A stretch of DNA of 64,000 bases from the human T2T-CHM13v2.0 reference genome, Homo sapiens. Shown here piece by piece: positions 1 through 57,099 of this stretch (positions are counted from its first letter, which is position 1; every line of letters begins with the position of its first letter). Location: assembly GCF_009914755.1 (NCBI RefSeq), contig NC_060926.1; one strand, 5' to 3'. Below the pieces are notes generated by a model that ran no database searches, had not been told where the DNA came from, and was given only the letters and a program-made list of their open reading frames with translations. Both the position numbers and the translations under genes were made by a program.

Positions 1-1179
1 CATCAGCCCTTCCAAAAATCTATACCCTTACTCCATGGATCAGAAAGCCATTATGGGTATTCTGCAATTGCTGAGGGTAGCTATTCCAGCTATAGACTCA
101 GACACTGGGTAAGTTACCGGATGGTTTGTCACTGAGAAAGTTGAAGTAGTTGAAAGAGAATTTCCACAGTCTACCACCACCACATCCGCCCACCTTCCAG
201 CATCTGCTCCCACTTATAATCTGTTCTCTTACAACACGTATTTCTGTAATAGGCATTAAATCGAATATTGCTAAGTAAGGAGATGACGTCACTCTCATGT
301 GGAAATTGGGTTGGTTCATACATGATTTTTTCTTTTTAGCATATTAATGCTTTGTGTCACCAGACAGGAGCAGCTGAACGTGAAGGATGCCAATGGAATG
401 AGTTGAACGAACAAGGTGCGGAATAAGGCTCTTTATATGACGTCCATCATCACAGGCTTTTTCTGGTTCATCTTGGCCGCAGGTTCTGCCTTGGCCAGGC
501 AGACAGTGCCTGTTGTGTAACTCAGCATCTCCTTACCCTTCTTTATGCCTAGTCTATCAAGGTGACATTGCCCTTTTCTTGGAAAGGTGAAGTCCTTATT
601 TACTTACATATTTATTAGGAATATAATGTCTTAACTGTGCCAATATTTTCACTAAGATTGGTGTTTCTGTTAGTGTTCAGGTTGCAAAATTGGATGTTTG
701 CAATGGTTTTCCCCAACCAGAATTTATGTTTCTTTTTCATAAATTGTTATTTTTAGTGCATAAATTTGAGAATGAAAAAATTTTTAGGAGCATATTTATC
801 ATACTATAGCTGAAATGTCTGTATGCTGTCTTCCTACCCGTAATCGTGAACAAATTATCATGCTCCTGTCTAAAGCTAATTCCTCCAATTGTGGACTGCA
901 TTTTATCCCCTTATTCAAGGACGTCGCTCTAGCACTTAGCCCTTTTTTCCTATTTCATCATCTTTTCGTCTTTCCTGGAATTCTCTTTAACATAAAAAAA
1001 AAGCTGCTACTTCTCCCAACAAATCTTTCTCTTGCTTTCACACTCTTTACCAATCTACTACTCCTATTTCTTTGCTCACCTGTTCTGCAAAACTAGTTGT
1101 AAGAACTGTCTATGCTCACTATCTCCAGCTCTTTTCCTATTTTTTCTTAAGCTCACTGCAGTCTGGTTTTGCTCCCCTT

Positions 1180-2220
1180 CCATTCCACCAAAAGCCCCAT
1201 GGTCAAGGTCATGAATGACTCCCTCACTGCTAAAGCCAATGGTCAATTTCCAGTTATCTTACTTGGTCAGTTAGCAGCATTTATAGGGTTAAATACTCCT
1301 CCTCTATACCCTTTATTCATGTCTTCCAGGCAACCACACTAGGTTTTCTTTCTATTTCACTGGTTGTTCCATCTCAGTTTTCTTTGGAGTTTCCTCTTCT
1401 CCTGCCAACCTCTCAGTATGGGAGGAATTCAGGGCTCAGCCCTGGTCTTATTCTCCTATTCCCAATCCTTTGGTGATCCCATCCAGTTTCATGCCACCTA
1501 AATACTGAAAATTCCCATAATGTATCTCCAGAGCAGACCTTTTTCTTAAAGTGCAGACTCACATATTCAATTGCCTAATCAACATCTCCACTTTGTTTAA
1601 TGCATATTTCAAAATTAGCAAGTCTAAAACTGTCTAGCAAGCAAGTCTAAACAAGATCTGCTAGTTTAGACTGTCTAGACTAGTCTAAATTAGAGTGTCT
1701 AGACTAGCAAGTCCAAAACAGAATTTCTGATATTTCTCACCAAACCTGCAGCCTCTGCAGCCTTTCCTCTCTTAGTTGATGAAAACTCTACTGTTCCAAG
1801 TTCTTGGCTAAAAGTCTTCAGTCATTCCTGTCTCCTCTCCATTTATCATACCTCACATCTAACACATCAGTACATCCTTCTGGTTCTACTTTCGAAATAC
1901 ATCCAGAATCCATGTGCCTCCTACCAACACGACTGTTACCACCCTGGGGCAAGCTACCATTTTCTTTTGCCTGAATCATTGCAAAAAACTCCCAGCTGAT
2001 CTCTTTACTTTCACCCTTCTCTTCCTACAATCAATTTGCAATATAGCAGCTACAGTATCCTAAAACATATGTTAGGTGACATCACCTATTCAAAACTCTT
2101 TCAGTGGTTTTGAGTAAAAGCTAAAGCCCTTAAAATAGTCTTCAAGGCCCCATCTCATCTAATATACCACCTCTACCTGCCACCCATTACCTTGTTAACC
2201 TAATCTCTCATCCTTTATCC
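1180..2220 (+). mobile_element. L2 LINE fragment
   Basis: Pyrimidine-rich L2 3' motifs (ccatccagtttcatg..., atattcaattgcct, catccagaatcc, aaaagctaaagccctt). Confidence 0.7.
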
Positions 2221-2229
2221 GCAGTATCC

Positions 2230-2343
2230 ACTATATGCCAGGAGTATCTCTCTCCTCCTTCAAGTTGTGGTAATCAAAAATGTCTGCAGACATTGCCATA
2301 TGTCTTCTGAGGACCAAAAATTGCCGCTGGCTGAGACCCCTGC
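2230..2343. mobile_element. MER20 (hAT-Charlie) fragment
   Basis: caaaaatgtctgcagacattgccatatgtc...gagacccctg resembles MER20. Confidence 0.65.
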
Positions 2344-3320
2344 TTTAACCCAAGGAATAAGGACTACAGAAATCTTGCTTTTTCTTTGAGTTGTCAAGTT
2401 CTACCAAAAGCAGATAGCCCGCCTCATAGGGCTCGTATTCCTCAGGTTTTTGGTGTTTCCCAGAGCATCAGGTAAGCACAGGCATTATGAACTGCTTCAC
2501 CATCACATGCCATACACTTTCTATAACACTAGCTGTATTCTCACTGCCTTTAACCCAAGTAGGCCAGATACCGAGTAACGAATTCACATTACTGGGGGCC
2601 TCTTGCTTGAAACCCCTCAGAGTATCAGTCTCCATTATCAGAGTCCCAGCTGTTAACAACACAACCACATTTACTTAGTTTTAGCAAAAATGAAATGTAT
2701 TCAAGATTAGTAGGTGGCTCTTAGAATTTCCTAGGAAGGCCAGAGAGAGAAGCTTAGCGGTGGCTACGTAGCCAAGAGCAGTGCTGAAACCTCAGGAGAG
2801 GAATGTTCTGGTGAAGATCGCTTTGTGTTGCCACTGGGCACAAATGCCATAGCTTGCACATGGGTGGACCTGATACCAGGGGCCCAGGTTTCCACACCCT
2901 GGCTGGAAAACAGATTTTATGACTTCTGCTTTGGGGAGCTGATTCACAGGGTGGAAAATTACCCAAACATAGCAAAGTTGTTCAAATACCACTAAAGCTG
3001 CCAATAAGTTGAACAATTGTATCACACTATTGAAAAACATTAAACCAGAGCATATATTCTCCTCAAACTTACTGTTTCTTTTTCTCAGGTAGTGAACATA
3101 AGCAACAAACTGACTTTCTATATAAATAAGGGCGAGGTGACAGTGTATGAATGCTTTTAGAAAAAAAGCAAATTTCATTTTCCATCATGTTTTGAAGGAT
3201 ACTGGCTTAATTCAGTTATTATTCTCACTGTTGGTTTACATAATAAACATATAAAATGTATTGCAAATACAAATTATTTTCATTCCAATGGAGAAGAAAA
3301 TTACAGGCTCAAAAATCAAG

Positions 3321-3438
3321 TTTAATATCAAAAGAAGTTACACATAAAGGTTTTTACATTTCCGAAAATCTGATAGTTAAAATATCCCGTCTGGTGTTGA
3401 TTGTGATACACTTAAGTGAACCCCTGAAAACCTTTATT
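3321..3438 (-). terminator. Candidate poly(A) signals in the THUMPD2 3' UTR
   Basis: Minus-strand AATAAA at 3433-3438 and ATTAAA at 3321-3326; the true cleavage site cannot be determined from sequence alone. Confidence 0.45.
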
Positions 3439-3730
3439 TTGAAATTGAAGTTTTTGCTCAGAAACTGGGCAGAACTTTTCACATTCTGACAGAAGATAAA
3501 ACTTAAGTCTAAAAAATATTCGATAACTTTTTTCTCAAAAACATTAAGTACTTTAGAATATAAAGCAGAAACTCTTACCAAGCATGTGTACCCATCAGCC
3601 ACACCTCCTGTCTTTGGGGGAATTTGGTTACTTGGAGCTCTGTGGGTGCTATATGAATCCTAGAGACAGCAAACTTCTGCTGTACAGCTAACTTACAAGG
3701 GCCTGAACCCGGCTGATGGCAGCAAGCCTG

Positions 3731-46236
<42,506 letters not shown>

Positions 46237-46329
46237 GGCGGCTCAGGCGCGCCCTCGCGCCTTCGGGTCACGTGGCCTCGGGCGCGAGCGGCTCGCTCCT
46301 GGAGGCGGCGCGCAGGGGCGTGTGATGCC

Positions 46330-46390
46330 AAAGGGGAGAGGGAGAGGGAGAGGGAGAGGGGGAGGGGGAGAGGGAGGGGGAAGGAGAGGG
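46330..46390 (+). repeat. Polypurine (GGGAGA)n-type tract
   Basis: About 60 nt of only A/G with many G3-G5 runs. Confidence 0.9.
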
Positions 46391-47280
46391 TGAGAGAGAC
46401 GGAGAGCCTGGGAGGGTCGCATCAGCCCTCTGTGGCCCCTATGGGTCTTCCTGGTTGACCATCTGTCCCCTCCTTGATTAGGCACCAGAATGGGTTAGAA
46501 TCACAGGTGGAAGGGTTAGAATTGATAATTCAGTCCAGTTGCCTTATTTTGTAGATTGAGGAAATTAATGCCCAGAGAGGTCAAGAGACAGCGAGTTAGC
46601 AGCACAGCTGAGGCTGGAGCCTAGATTTCTCCCTATCTAACATAATGCCTTTTCCTCCATTCCTCCCAACTCCGTCCTCTTCCTGTCCTTCATTCCTCTC
46701 CTCTACTCTTCTCATAGAAGGAGCCCTGGTCTGTTTTCACAAAGAATCGGGCCAAACGTTGGAATCTCCAGGACGGAGAGCAGAAGTTCCTGTTCTCTAA
46801 CAAACGTCTGCGTTCTGAAACAGCTCATATTTCTTGCACTACTTAGTTAACCATCCAGCCATAGATGAATCAATGTGCCATCTAGTTTTGGGCACCTGAT
46901 TTGAATGGTTCTCCTAACGGTATTTGAAGGCATTTTTCTAAACTCTGAATTTTAAAATGGAAATGAAAATATTACTTGGGAAGCATAGACAGAATCCATG
47001 TTACAAGATAAACAGCGTGAAATTAGCTCTGTAGCTGTATATTGAGTCAGTTATACAGAAATGATAAATGCATGTGTGTCTCTGACAAGGGGCTGTCCTG
47101 TGCTTCAGAATGGGATGTTAAGGTGAAGAACTGATACTCCCTCACCTCCCCCGACACTCCCACACACACCCCCGCCCCCACCCAGCTCATGCTCTACTGG
47201 GCCGTACAGTAAAAATTCTTCATGGAGTCACATAACATGAGCTTTTCCAAGGTTCAGTCCTAAGACTCTTCAGATGCTGC

Positions 47281-47563
47281 TTTTTATTTTTTATTTTTTG
47301 CGACAGGGTCTCCCTCTGTCGCCCAGGCTGGAGCGCAGTGACGTGATCTTGGCTCACTGCAGCCTCCACCTCCTGAGCTCCAGTAATCCTCCCACCTCAG
47401 CCTGTCCAGTAGCTGGGACCACAGGCAAGCCCCACCACACCGGGCTAATTTTTGTATTTTTTGTAGAGAAGGGGTTTCACCATGTTGGCCAGGCTGGTCT
47501 CGAACTCCTGAGATCAAGCGATCCGCCTGCCTCGGCCTCCCAAAGTGCTGGGATTACAGGCAC
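47281..47563 (-). mobile_element. Alu
   Basis: Antisense Alu dimer. Confidence 0.88.
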
Positions 47564-49823
47564 CCAGCCCTCACACACTACCGTTTTGATGAATTCTTTT
47601 CTTGCCCTCAGACACATGTTTTCCTTTTCTGGGCTACTGCCGTAGTTCATTTCAACTTCTCTATACTTTGGGGTTCTGACTGTCAAGTCTGTCTGGGGAG
47701 GACAGGAACCCTCTTTAGTTCTCTCTACATTCTGTGCCCAAGATGTTAAGTATGCAGATAGGATGCATTCCATTCAGTTCAACAAATACTGAACACCTAT
47801 TCTCCGCCAGTCACCACCCTGTCTTGAGGATTCAAAGATGGGTAAGCAAGGGTTTGGACTTCAAGGGCTTAGAGGATGGTGAAGTTGAATGACTCACTGA
47901 GGACATACCCGGGAAGCTATGACAGCACCGACAAAAAGGAGGCAGGGAGGGCTTCCTGGACAAAATCGCTCTTGAGTCCAGCATGAAGGATGTGTAAGAG
48001 GGAGAAGCAGCAGATGAAAATGAGACGGCGTGTGGGGGGTGGGGAACAGGAAAGCCACGATAGCGGTTAAGTGTTATTAGAGCATAAAGTATATGAGTGG
48101 AGTAGATAGAGATGCGGTAGAGCGGTGGGTAGGGGCCCAGTTATGTCAGTACAACCAAAGGCAGCTGAAAAAATGAAATGACCTATTCAGTCCAGCACCG
48201 ACCAGCAGTGTGCTGGCCTGGGTGAAACCACAGCTGAGCTGAGGCTGCAGTTTTGCAGAGCCAATCGATCTTCCCCTTACTTTCCCCTCTTTCTTCTGAT
48301 GTCTTTTCCCCTCCAGGAGCCTTTGGTCAGCAAGGTCGGGGCTACTCTTGTTTCATATGTGGGAGTCATGTGCATTTGTTCCTTTTGAACTGTGCTGCAG
48401 TATGTCAGCTGTACCAATGCCCTTCACAAAATGCTTGCAGTGCGATGGAATGGGGGAGTTCTGCCTCTTTAGGGAGAAATTAGTTTCGTTTTCTGGTAAG
48501 AGAGTTGCCTGGAATTCTCTCCCCCATTACTCAGGTACTCTTTTCTCCATCATCTCTTCTTCTTTAAAAAAGTCTCTTCTGAAAACTATGGATCCCTATA
48601 GACAAATTTAGCATATCCAGCTGCAATTTACTGTTCGAATATTACATATTTCAACATGTAGGAAATTGGAAGTCGGCAGGAACAATTTTAGAATGGACAG
48701 ACTTTTAAGTGGAGGTGTTTTAAGAATTTAGGACAAGAATATTTGCTTTGAGATAGCTCCCTATTTTGGTGCCACTGGCAATTCTTTTAGTTCTTAAAGG
48801 TGTATGATGTATATACTTATATATTAAAATGCAAGTGCTATAGATTGTGAAATCCTTGAGGATGGGATGACTTCATCTGGGCATCTGTAGCGAGAACCCT
48901 GGCTTGCCTGTGGTGGCCTCTCAAATGTATGCCAATAAAAAGTAACTAAATGAAAGGGCAACTAAGGAGGCCCCTCTCAGGAGAATTGCTGTAACTGCCC
49001 TATCAGCAGGGGCCTTTGCAAGCAGGATACAGGAATAAGGGCAATGTAGTGAGGCCAATGAAGTAGAGAAGTGAGAGCACAAAGGGGATAGGAGTACCTC
49101 CAAAATAAACTTCTTCACAACTTTCCTTTCTAGTTCCTCTCTTCCTCACTATCTCTTCTTCCTCCCTATACACTTTATAAATAATGTTTCTTACCCAGGA
49201 ATACTCCTCAGAATTACCTGAGAAGTCACCAGTGTCAAGCTTGCCACCCCACTCTCCTGTATTCCAGTACAGTTGAGTAGGGTTGGTGACAAGCCTTGGC
49301 CTCTTCTCTCCATGAGATGAAGAACCGTTGCTAGATGCCAAGCAATTCAAGTGCTAACGTCTTCAAAATGCCCACTACTTCCCTTCTCCCAGGCCTCTGC
49401 TTATATGGTTCCCTTTGGCTAGAGCGCTCTTCTCTTCCTTTCTTTCTTTTTCTTTGAGGATAAGCTAGAATGCCACATCTTCTCTGGTGTACTTTCCTGC
49501 CTTTCTTGTACCCTTTTATGCAATATTTTATACCTTTATCATTCATTTATTCATTCATAAATATTTGTTGAGTTTGTGGCAAATGTGCCAGTTAAATGTT
49601 CCAGCCTTTGAGAAACTTTTAAATCAATGGGAGGTAATGGTGACAGGGCTGAATTGCTGAGATGGGCATATAAAGGATGACAATACAGTGTCATATATGG
49701 GAATAAAATGAAAGCAACTGGGCCCAGCAACGGTAGCCACTTAATGAAGTTGAATGAACGAGCTTATTCTGAAGCTGAGTAAGCCTTTGTCATGGTTTTG
49801 GTTTCTTATCTCCCTTTGAGCAC

Positions 49824-50197
49824 CATATTAGCCCATTCTTGTACTGCTATAAAGAAATGCCTGAGACTGGGTAATCTATAAAGAAAAGAGTTTTAATTGG
49901 CCCACTGTTCCACAGGCTCAACAGGAAGCATGGCTAGGGAGGCCTCAGGAAACTTACATTCATGGGGACAGGGGAAGCAGGCTTCTCTTAGATGGCTGGA
50001 GCAGGAGGAAGAGAGAGGATGGGGAGGTGCTGCACACTTTTAAGTAACCAGATCTCATCTCACTCACTGTCGTGAGACCAGCAAGGGGGAACTCCGCCCC
50101 CATGATTCAATCACCTCCCACCAGGCCCGTCCTCCAACACTGGGGATTACAATTCGATATGAGATTTGGGCAGGGACACAAATCCAAACCATATCTC
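49824..50197 (-). mobile_element. MSTA-like MaLR LTR
   Basis: tattagcccattcttgtactgctataaagaaatgcctgagactggg ... caaatccaaaccatatc. Confidence 0.85.
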
Positions 50198-50548
50198 TGC
50201 CAAGTCTGGGGCATCATCCTTCTGATGGGCCCCACCCACCTCCACAGGTGGAGCCTTTTTGCTAACCAGGGCATAGTCATGTGATCTAGACATTACCAGT
50301 GAGCCTCACGTGACTCAGAAATGAGCAATGTGGGGGAAAAGGCTCTTTCCACAATTCATTTTACTTCCTGGGGTATTGTTGGGGTGTCTGACCTTCAGGA
50401 ACAGCTTCATGAACAGGATTGAGTTCCTGAGGCAGAAGTGGAACTGCTGGGGGTGGTGGTAGTAGTGGCAGCAGTTAGTTTTCTGGTCAGGCCAGTTTCT
50501 GAAAGCTTAGCTTCCAGATTGGTTTTCCAGACTGCCCAACAAATGAGT

Positions 50549-50551
<3 letters not shown>

Positions 50552-50591
<40 letters not shown>

Positions 50592-50606
50592 ACACACACA
50601 CGCACG
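50552..50606. repeat. (CA)n microsatellite
   Basis: About 25 AC units. Confidence 0.95.
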
Positions 50607-53446
50607 CTTTACTTTGCTTAATCAGTTAAAGTTAGCATCTATTTCTTGCAACAAGGAATCTTGATTGATACAGGCATCCACTCTTCCCAGGTAGGAGCAG
50701 CTAGCTTGGTTTGCTTCTCTCCCTGTGATTTGTATTAGCTTGGTCTCTTCCCCCATTCATTTGTGAGCATTGCACTGTGGAGGTATGATGAACTCCTGCC
50801 ACGTAGCCCCACAGAGTAACTTGGAAAGAGTAGGATTTTATAAATTTTATGGAATTCAATTGTGTTATGGTATTGTGGTAAAACCACAGATACAGACACA
50901 TGAATCTGTCAGACAGACACATTCCAACCAAGTCAGTATAGATTGTGAAAAAGAGAATCTACATATTTTTACGACTGCAAGTGCAAGCCATTTGGGAAAA
51001 AACTATTGGTCACATACTGATCCTTTAAACCACTTAAGTACACACAATAATCATCTTGAATGGTGCTTCTTTGAACATACAATCAAAAGGAGAAAATTCA
51101 GCAGAACATTTCATGGTATATGTAAATACTGTCTTTAAAACAGTATTTGCTAATTAGTGTTTATAGCACTAGTTTAAATGTAGAATCAAAATTCAAAAGA
51201 TACAATCTTTATGCTCTGATCTGGAGAGATAATTCTTTTTTTATATGTTATTTTTGCTTCAGATCTATAGTGCATGAAATTACTTTGATATACAAGTATA
51301 GTTGACTATTTCCAATGTCTTTTCTGAAAAGTGTGGCATGTATTTAATGCATATTTCAAGACATGAGGCTGTTTGATGTGATTTTGTTTAAATATATTTT
51401 GAGCTCATAAAACTCAAAATATAGACCTAATGATGCCCCAGTTGGAAGAGAGTATGGATATTATTTCTTGGATATATATATTGAATGAATGAATGACTAT
51501 ATCTGCAATTTTCTTCAATTTACTTGAATCAACTGTAGTGACTAAATAAAGCCATTTTCTTTTTGCAGTTATGTTCACCTCCCTCAGACTATTGTTTTAA
51601 TATTCCTTTTCTCTTGTTGCATTTATGATAATATTGACTATGAATTATTATTTTCCTTAGAGGTTTGCTATTACCTAACTTTTTCTATTTCTTGGTACAA
51701 AGAAAGCCCCAGAAATGTCCAACATTAGCTAGGATACCTATGTTTTGATATTTATCCTTTTCATTTTCCTGTATGTCTTATTCCATTTTAGTAGATGGTC
51801 ATTTATTTTGTGTATTTTCTTAGTGGTAACTGAAAAAAATAATTCCCTCAAAACTCAAGCAGATGTGATCTGCAAATAAAAACAACAAAGGGTTAGCTTT
51901 TATTTTCTCAAAAACACAAATAGAGTACCTTACTTCATTATGAATGGTATTTGGCAGAATAAAATCTGAAGAGTTTATTAGAACATTGGCTTTATTCAGT
52001 CAGTATTGCTCCTGTCGTTGGCATGAAGGAAGAGTAGACTATGGAACAAGCAGACTTACTTATTACATATTTGTCTTTTTATATTTTTCTTTTTGTTGAA
52101 GAGTGATAATTACTTGCTGCCCATGGATATCTTGCATGATTTTGAAAAATGGATTTTAGCACCGTTGAAAAAGTGTTCTCTGTTATATCTACACATAATC
52201 AGGCCTATCCTCTAATGATTTTCTTTTAAAAAGTCTGAAATCTAATAATTAAAAATTTACTATTTATATTCATATTTAATGTTACAATTTTTGCAATGAG
52301 TATGAATTACTTGGCTAAACAGAAAAACAATACAGATACAAAACAAAAGCATACAACCTGAAGCACTGGCTTAGGCAATCATTTCATTCTCTCATAAAAC
52401 ATCTTTGAAATAAGACATAATGCCTGAAATTATTTGATGCCAGTTGAGCTTTCAGATCACAGACAGGTAACAATATTTGCACCTTCAATCACTATGTATG
52501 GCTTTGGTGCTCTGTCTCTCTGATCAGTTTAGATGATATGGAACTTCTGTCTCATAAACTTCGAAATCGAAATGTAGCCAGGTTAAGAAAAATAATTTTA
52601 AAAGCTGGTCCTGGAATTCATCTTAGGTACAAAATAGTCTGTTTACGAAAATTTTTTGATGGAGTTTAGTGAGGCTCTGAAGTCATAAACAGAGAAATAC
52701 AGAGATAATTAAACTGTTCTTCGTAAGAAGTCAAAAGGAGGTAGGAAATACCCTAACGGGGGGGAAAGATCAGATAATGGGGAACCTGTGGAACAGCATC
52801 GTGCAAAGCTGAGACCAGTGAGGATGAGCTGGCCGTAAGAGACTCGCTGTGGGGTGTTGGCTGAGAACTTCTAAGAAGGATGTTCAGTGCTCAAATTTGT
52901 TTCTGGCACTGCCAGGTTAAACCATCTTTAGTGGTCCAAACTTTCAGTAAAATAAACAAACAAAACACAGCCATTTGCTTCAAATAGTAGGAGTGAAAGT
53001 ACCAGGGTGATGCACTCAAAGTAAGGTGCTGTGATAAGGAAAAGGAGTGGCATCCTCTGCATGGGTTGTGGAGGTCTTTCAATGGAGTACATTCAGGAGA
53101 AGCAGGAAGTCAGAGCACAGGCTGGTAAGGGGCACCTAAGCATGTGGTCTGTCATCAGGGAATGCACAGAGAGGGGTGCTGGGTCATCATTGCCATAGAA
53201 TGCGGGTGCAAACCAATTTTAAATCAAGATAATCCAGTTGACATCTGAGTTTGGCTGAATTTATTCCTCACTGACAATAGATTTTCTATAAATCAAACCT
53301 CTAATGCTTAAGTGCTTATTACTTATTGTTGATAGGTGTGGACAATGCAATCTTGGGCCAACTCAGGGCAGGTTAATTAATGGGGATTATAATCAGGGGT
53401 TGGGCCTTATAGTCTCAATTTTATATTTTGTGATTTCTTATAGGTT

Positions 53447-53760
<314 letters not shown>

Positions 53761-54197
53761 TTATCTGGACATTGTACGTAGATTGCGTTGAATGTTGTAT
53801 TGGCTGTCTACGTTAGATGCAGGTTACAGTGTAGGTTTTCCAGAGTTTTTGGGCTGGGCACACACACTCTTAAGTTGGCAGCTTTCTTTTTAACAGTGGT
53901 GGTGAGCTTCTTTAAATAACGACTTCCTAAATTTGTGAAAGAGTGTGTGTACTGGGAGGGAGAGAAGTGCTGTTACAAAACCCCAAGGCTTCTTGTCTGT
54001 GGGTTGAGCACAGCCCGCTACGGTTTTGGAAAGATGGATTTCCTGGAAGACAACTTTGCTACTGAGCATCATCTAGTAAATAGAGTCCTAAGACACAGAA
54101 GTCTATAACAAATATTGGAAATTATTGTTAATCCAAACAATCTCAGATATATTTGACATCCATATGTTTTAATTGTATAGCCCAGTTATGTCAAGCA

Positions 54198-55473
54198 GAG
54201 TCATGTACTGCATAAAGATGTTTTGGTCAATGATCAACTGCATATATGATGGTGGTACTGTGAGATCATTATGGAGCTGAAAAATCCCTATTGCCTAATG
54301 ACATCATAGCTGTCATAACTTCATAGCACAACATGTCACTCATATCACTCATATGTTTGTTACAACATGTTACAAACATATGAGTAACGTGTTGTGCTAT
54401 GATATTATGCAGGTATAAACAAACCTACACAGACTGCATTGCCAGTCATAAAGAAGTATAGCCCATGCAATTATGTACAGTACATAATATTTGATAATGA
54501 TAATAAATGACTATGTTACTGGCATATGTATTTATTATGCTGTATTTTTAAATCATTATTTTAGAGTATACTGCTTCTGCTTATAAAGAAAAAGTTAACT
54601 GTAAAACAGCCTCAGATGGGTCCTTTAGCAGGTATTCTAGAAGAAGAGATTATCATAGAAGATGACTGCTCTGTGTGTGTTATTGCCCCTGAATACCTCC
54701 CAGTGGGATGAGATAAGGAGGTGAAAGACAGTGACTTTGATGATCCTGACACTGTGTAGGTCTAGGCTGATGTATGTGATTGTGTCTTAGATTTTAACAA
54801 AAAAGTTTAAAAACTAAAATAAATAATTTTGAAAACGGAAAAAACTTATAGATTATAAGGATACAAGGATATAAATAAAATAATTTGTAGAGCTGTGTAA
54901 TATGTTTGTGTTCAAGCTCAGTGTTATCATGAACAGGTTGAAAAGTAAGAAAAATTTAAAAAGTTGATAAAGTAAAAAAGTTACACTAAGCTAAGATTAC
55001 TTTATTATTGAAAAAAATTTTTATATAAATTTAGGGTATCCTAAGTGTACAGTGTTTATAAAACCTATAGCAATGTACAGTAATATCCTAGGCCTTCACA
55101 TTCACTCACCACTCACTCACTGACTCACTCACTGACCCAGAACAACTTCCAGTTTTGCAAGCACCATTCATGGTAAGTGCCCTATACAGGTATCATTTTT
55201 CATTTTTAATACAGTACTTTTACTGTACTTTTTTCGTGTTCGGATACATAAATAGTCACTATTGTGTTACAACTGCCTACAGTATTCAGCATAATAACAT
55301 GCTACACAGGTTTGTAGCCTAGGAGCAATAGGCTATACCATATAGCCTAAGTCTGTAGTAGGTTATACTATTTAGTTTTGTGTTAGTATACTCTATGATG
55401 TTTGCACAACTATGGAATAGCCTAATTACACATTTATCAGAGCATATTCTCTTCATTAAGTGATGCATGACTG
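54198..55473 (+). mobile_element. Tigger3b-like (MER7 group) DNA transposon
   Basis: TIRs agtcatgtactgcataa ... ttaagtgatgcatgactg|TA; about 1.27 kb. Confidence 0.85.
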
Positions 55474-55796
55474 TATTTGCTACTTCAAGCTGGGAATACA
55501 TCCAATTTTAAAAATTTATGTACATTATTGAAAACTGTGCTAGGTGATAACTTGATTTGGAAATCTCTTGCTCTTCTTCTTCAAGTTATAGTTGGCCTTC
55601 TACCCAAACACCGTCGAAGTGATATTCAAAAACTTGAGAAAAAAATTATCAATAATAAGATAAATCTGATAGGGGCAAATGCAAGGGAAAGACTGGTTAG
55701 GCACAATATTAATCCCAATTTAGCTGTTATAACCCTAAACACTAAGAGTGGACCATGAACTGATCACAAATTGGACATTTGTTAACTATTATTTAA

Positions 55797-56129
<333 letters not shown>

Positions 56130-56732
56130 AATAATTTCATTTTTAACATGAGTATGAAATTAGAGAAGTTCAAGGAAAAAAATAACTAAAAAAAAATAAA
56201 TCTTACATGAAAGGTTAAAGGAGGTGAGATTGTTTAGCTTGCTGAAATGAAGGCTAAGAAAAGCCTTAAATATATGCAGTTTTAAGAGTAGATTTGTTAG
56301 TGGGTTACTGGCCTGTTTACACAGAGGATGGGAAGAAAGGCTTGGGCTTAATAACTCAAAGCTTTTTTAAGCCTTCTAAGTTCCAAGGTCTCTTTCTGGC
56401 TCTCTGGTCTGCTGATTTCATTCCCATGAAGGTGTCATCTGGCTGTCCCAGAATGAAGCAACTGCTTGTTTGCCATTTGTTTATCACAGTCTAAGCAAGG
56501 TAAGTGTCCCCAGATTAGGTTGTAGAGGGTTAAATTAAAGAACAAAGACAGATAGTTACTGATAAGCTGGGCAGAGATTATCTGCTTCCAGAGATTTCAA
56601 TAAATGAAAACTATCCTCTGTTCTCCCACAGGCTCTTTAGTCTTAGTCCTTGATTAGGACCTAGCATATTAGTTTTTTGTTTTATTTTATAAATTAGGTA
56701 AAAAATACACAACATGAAAGTTATCTTAACCT

Positions 56733-57029
56733 TTTTTTTTTTTTTTGAGACAGAGTCTTGCTCTTTTGCCCAGGCTGGAGTGCAGTGGCGTGATATTGGC
56801 TTGCACAACCTCTCCCTCCCGGGTTCAAGCAATTCTCCTGCCTCAGCCTCCCGAGTAGCTGGGATTACAGGCACCTGCCATCATGCCAGGCTAATTTTTG
56901 TATTTTTTTAGTAGAGGTGGGGTTTCACCATGCTGGCTAGACTGGCTTCGAACTCCTGACCTCAGGTGATCTGTCTGCCTTGGCCTCCCAAAGTGCTGGG
57001 ATTACGGGCATGAGCCACTGTGCCTGGCC
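56733..57029 (-). mobile_element. AluS inside an L1MB-like 3' end
   Basis: TSD tatcttaacc on both sides. Confidence 0.9.
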
Positions 57030-57099
57030 TATCTTAACCATTTTTAAGTGTACAGTTCTGTAGTGTTAACTACATTCACATTAAACAGATCTCTAGAAC

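Noticed and set aside
284-291. Full CRE palindrome TGACGTCA
   Set aside because: A single 8-mer without promoter context; not distinguishable from chance
51393-51423. 11-bp perfect inverted repeat (tatattttgag / ctcaaaatata)
   Set aside because: Short and AT-rich; plausible by chance or micro-templating, with no functional hint
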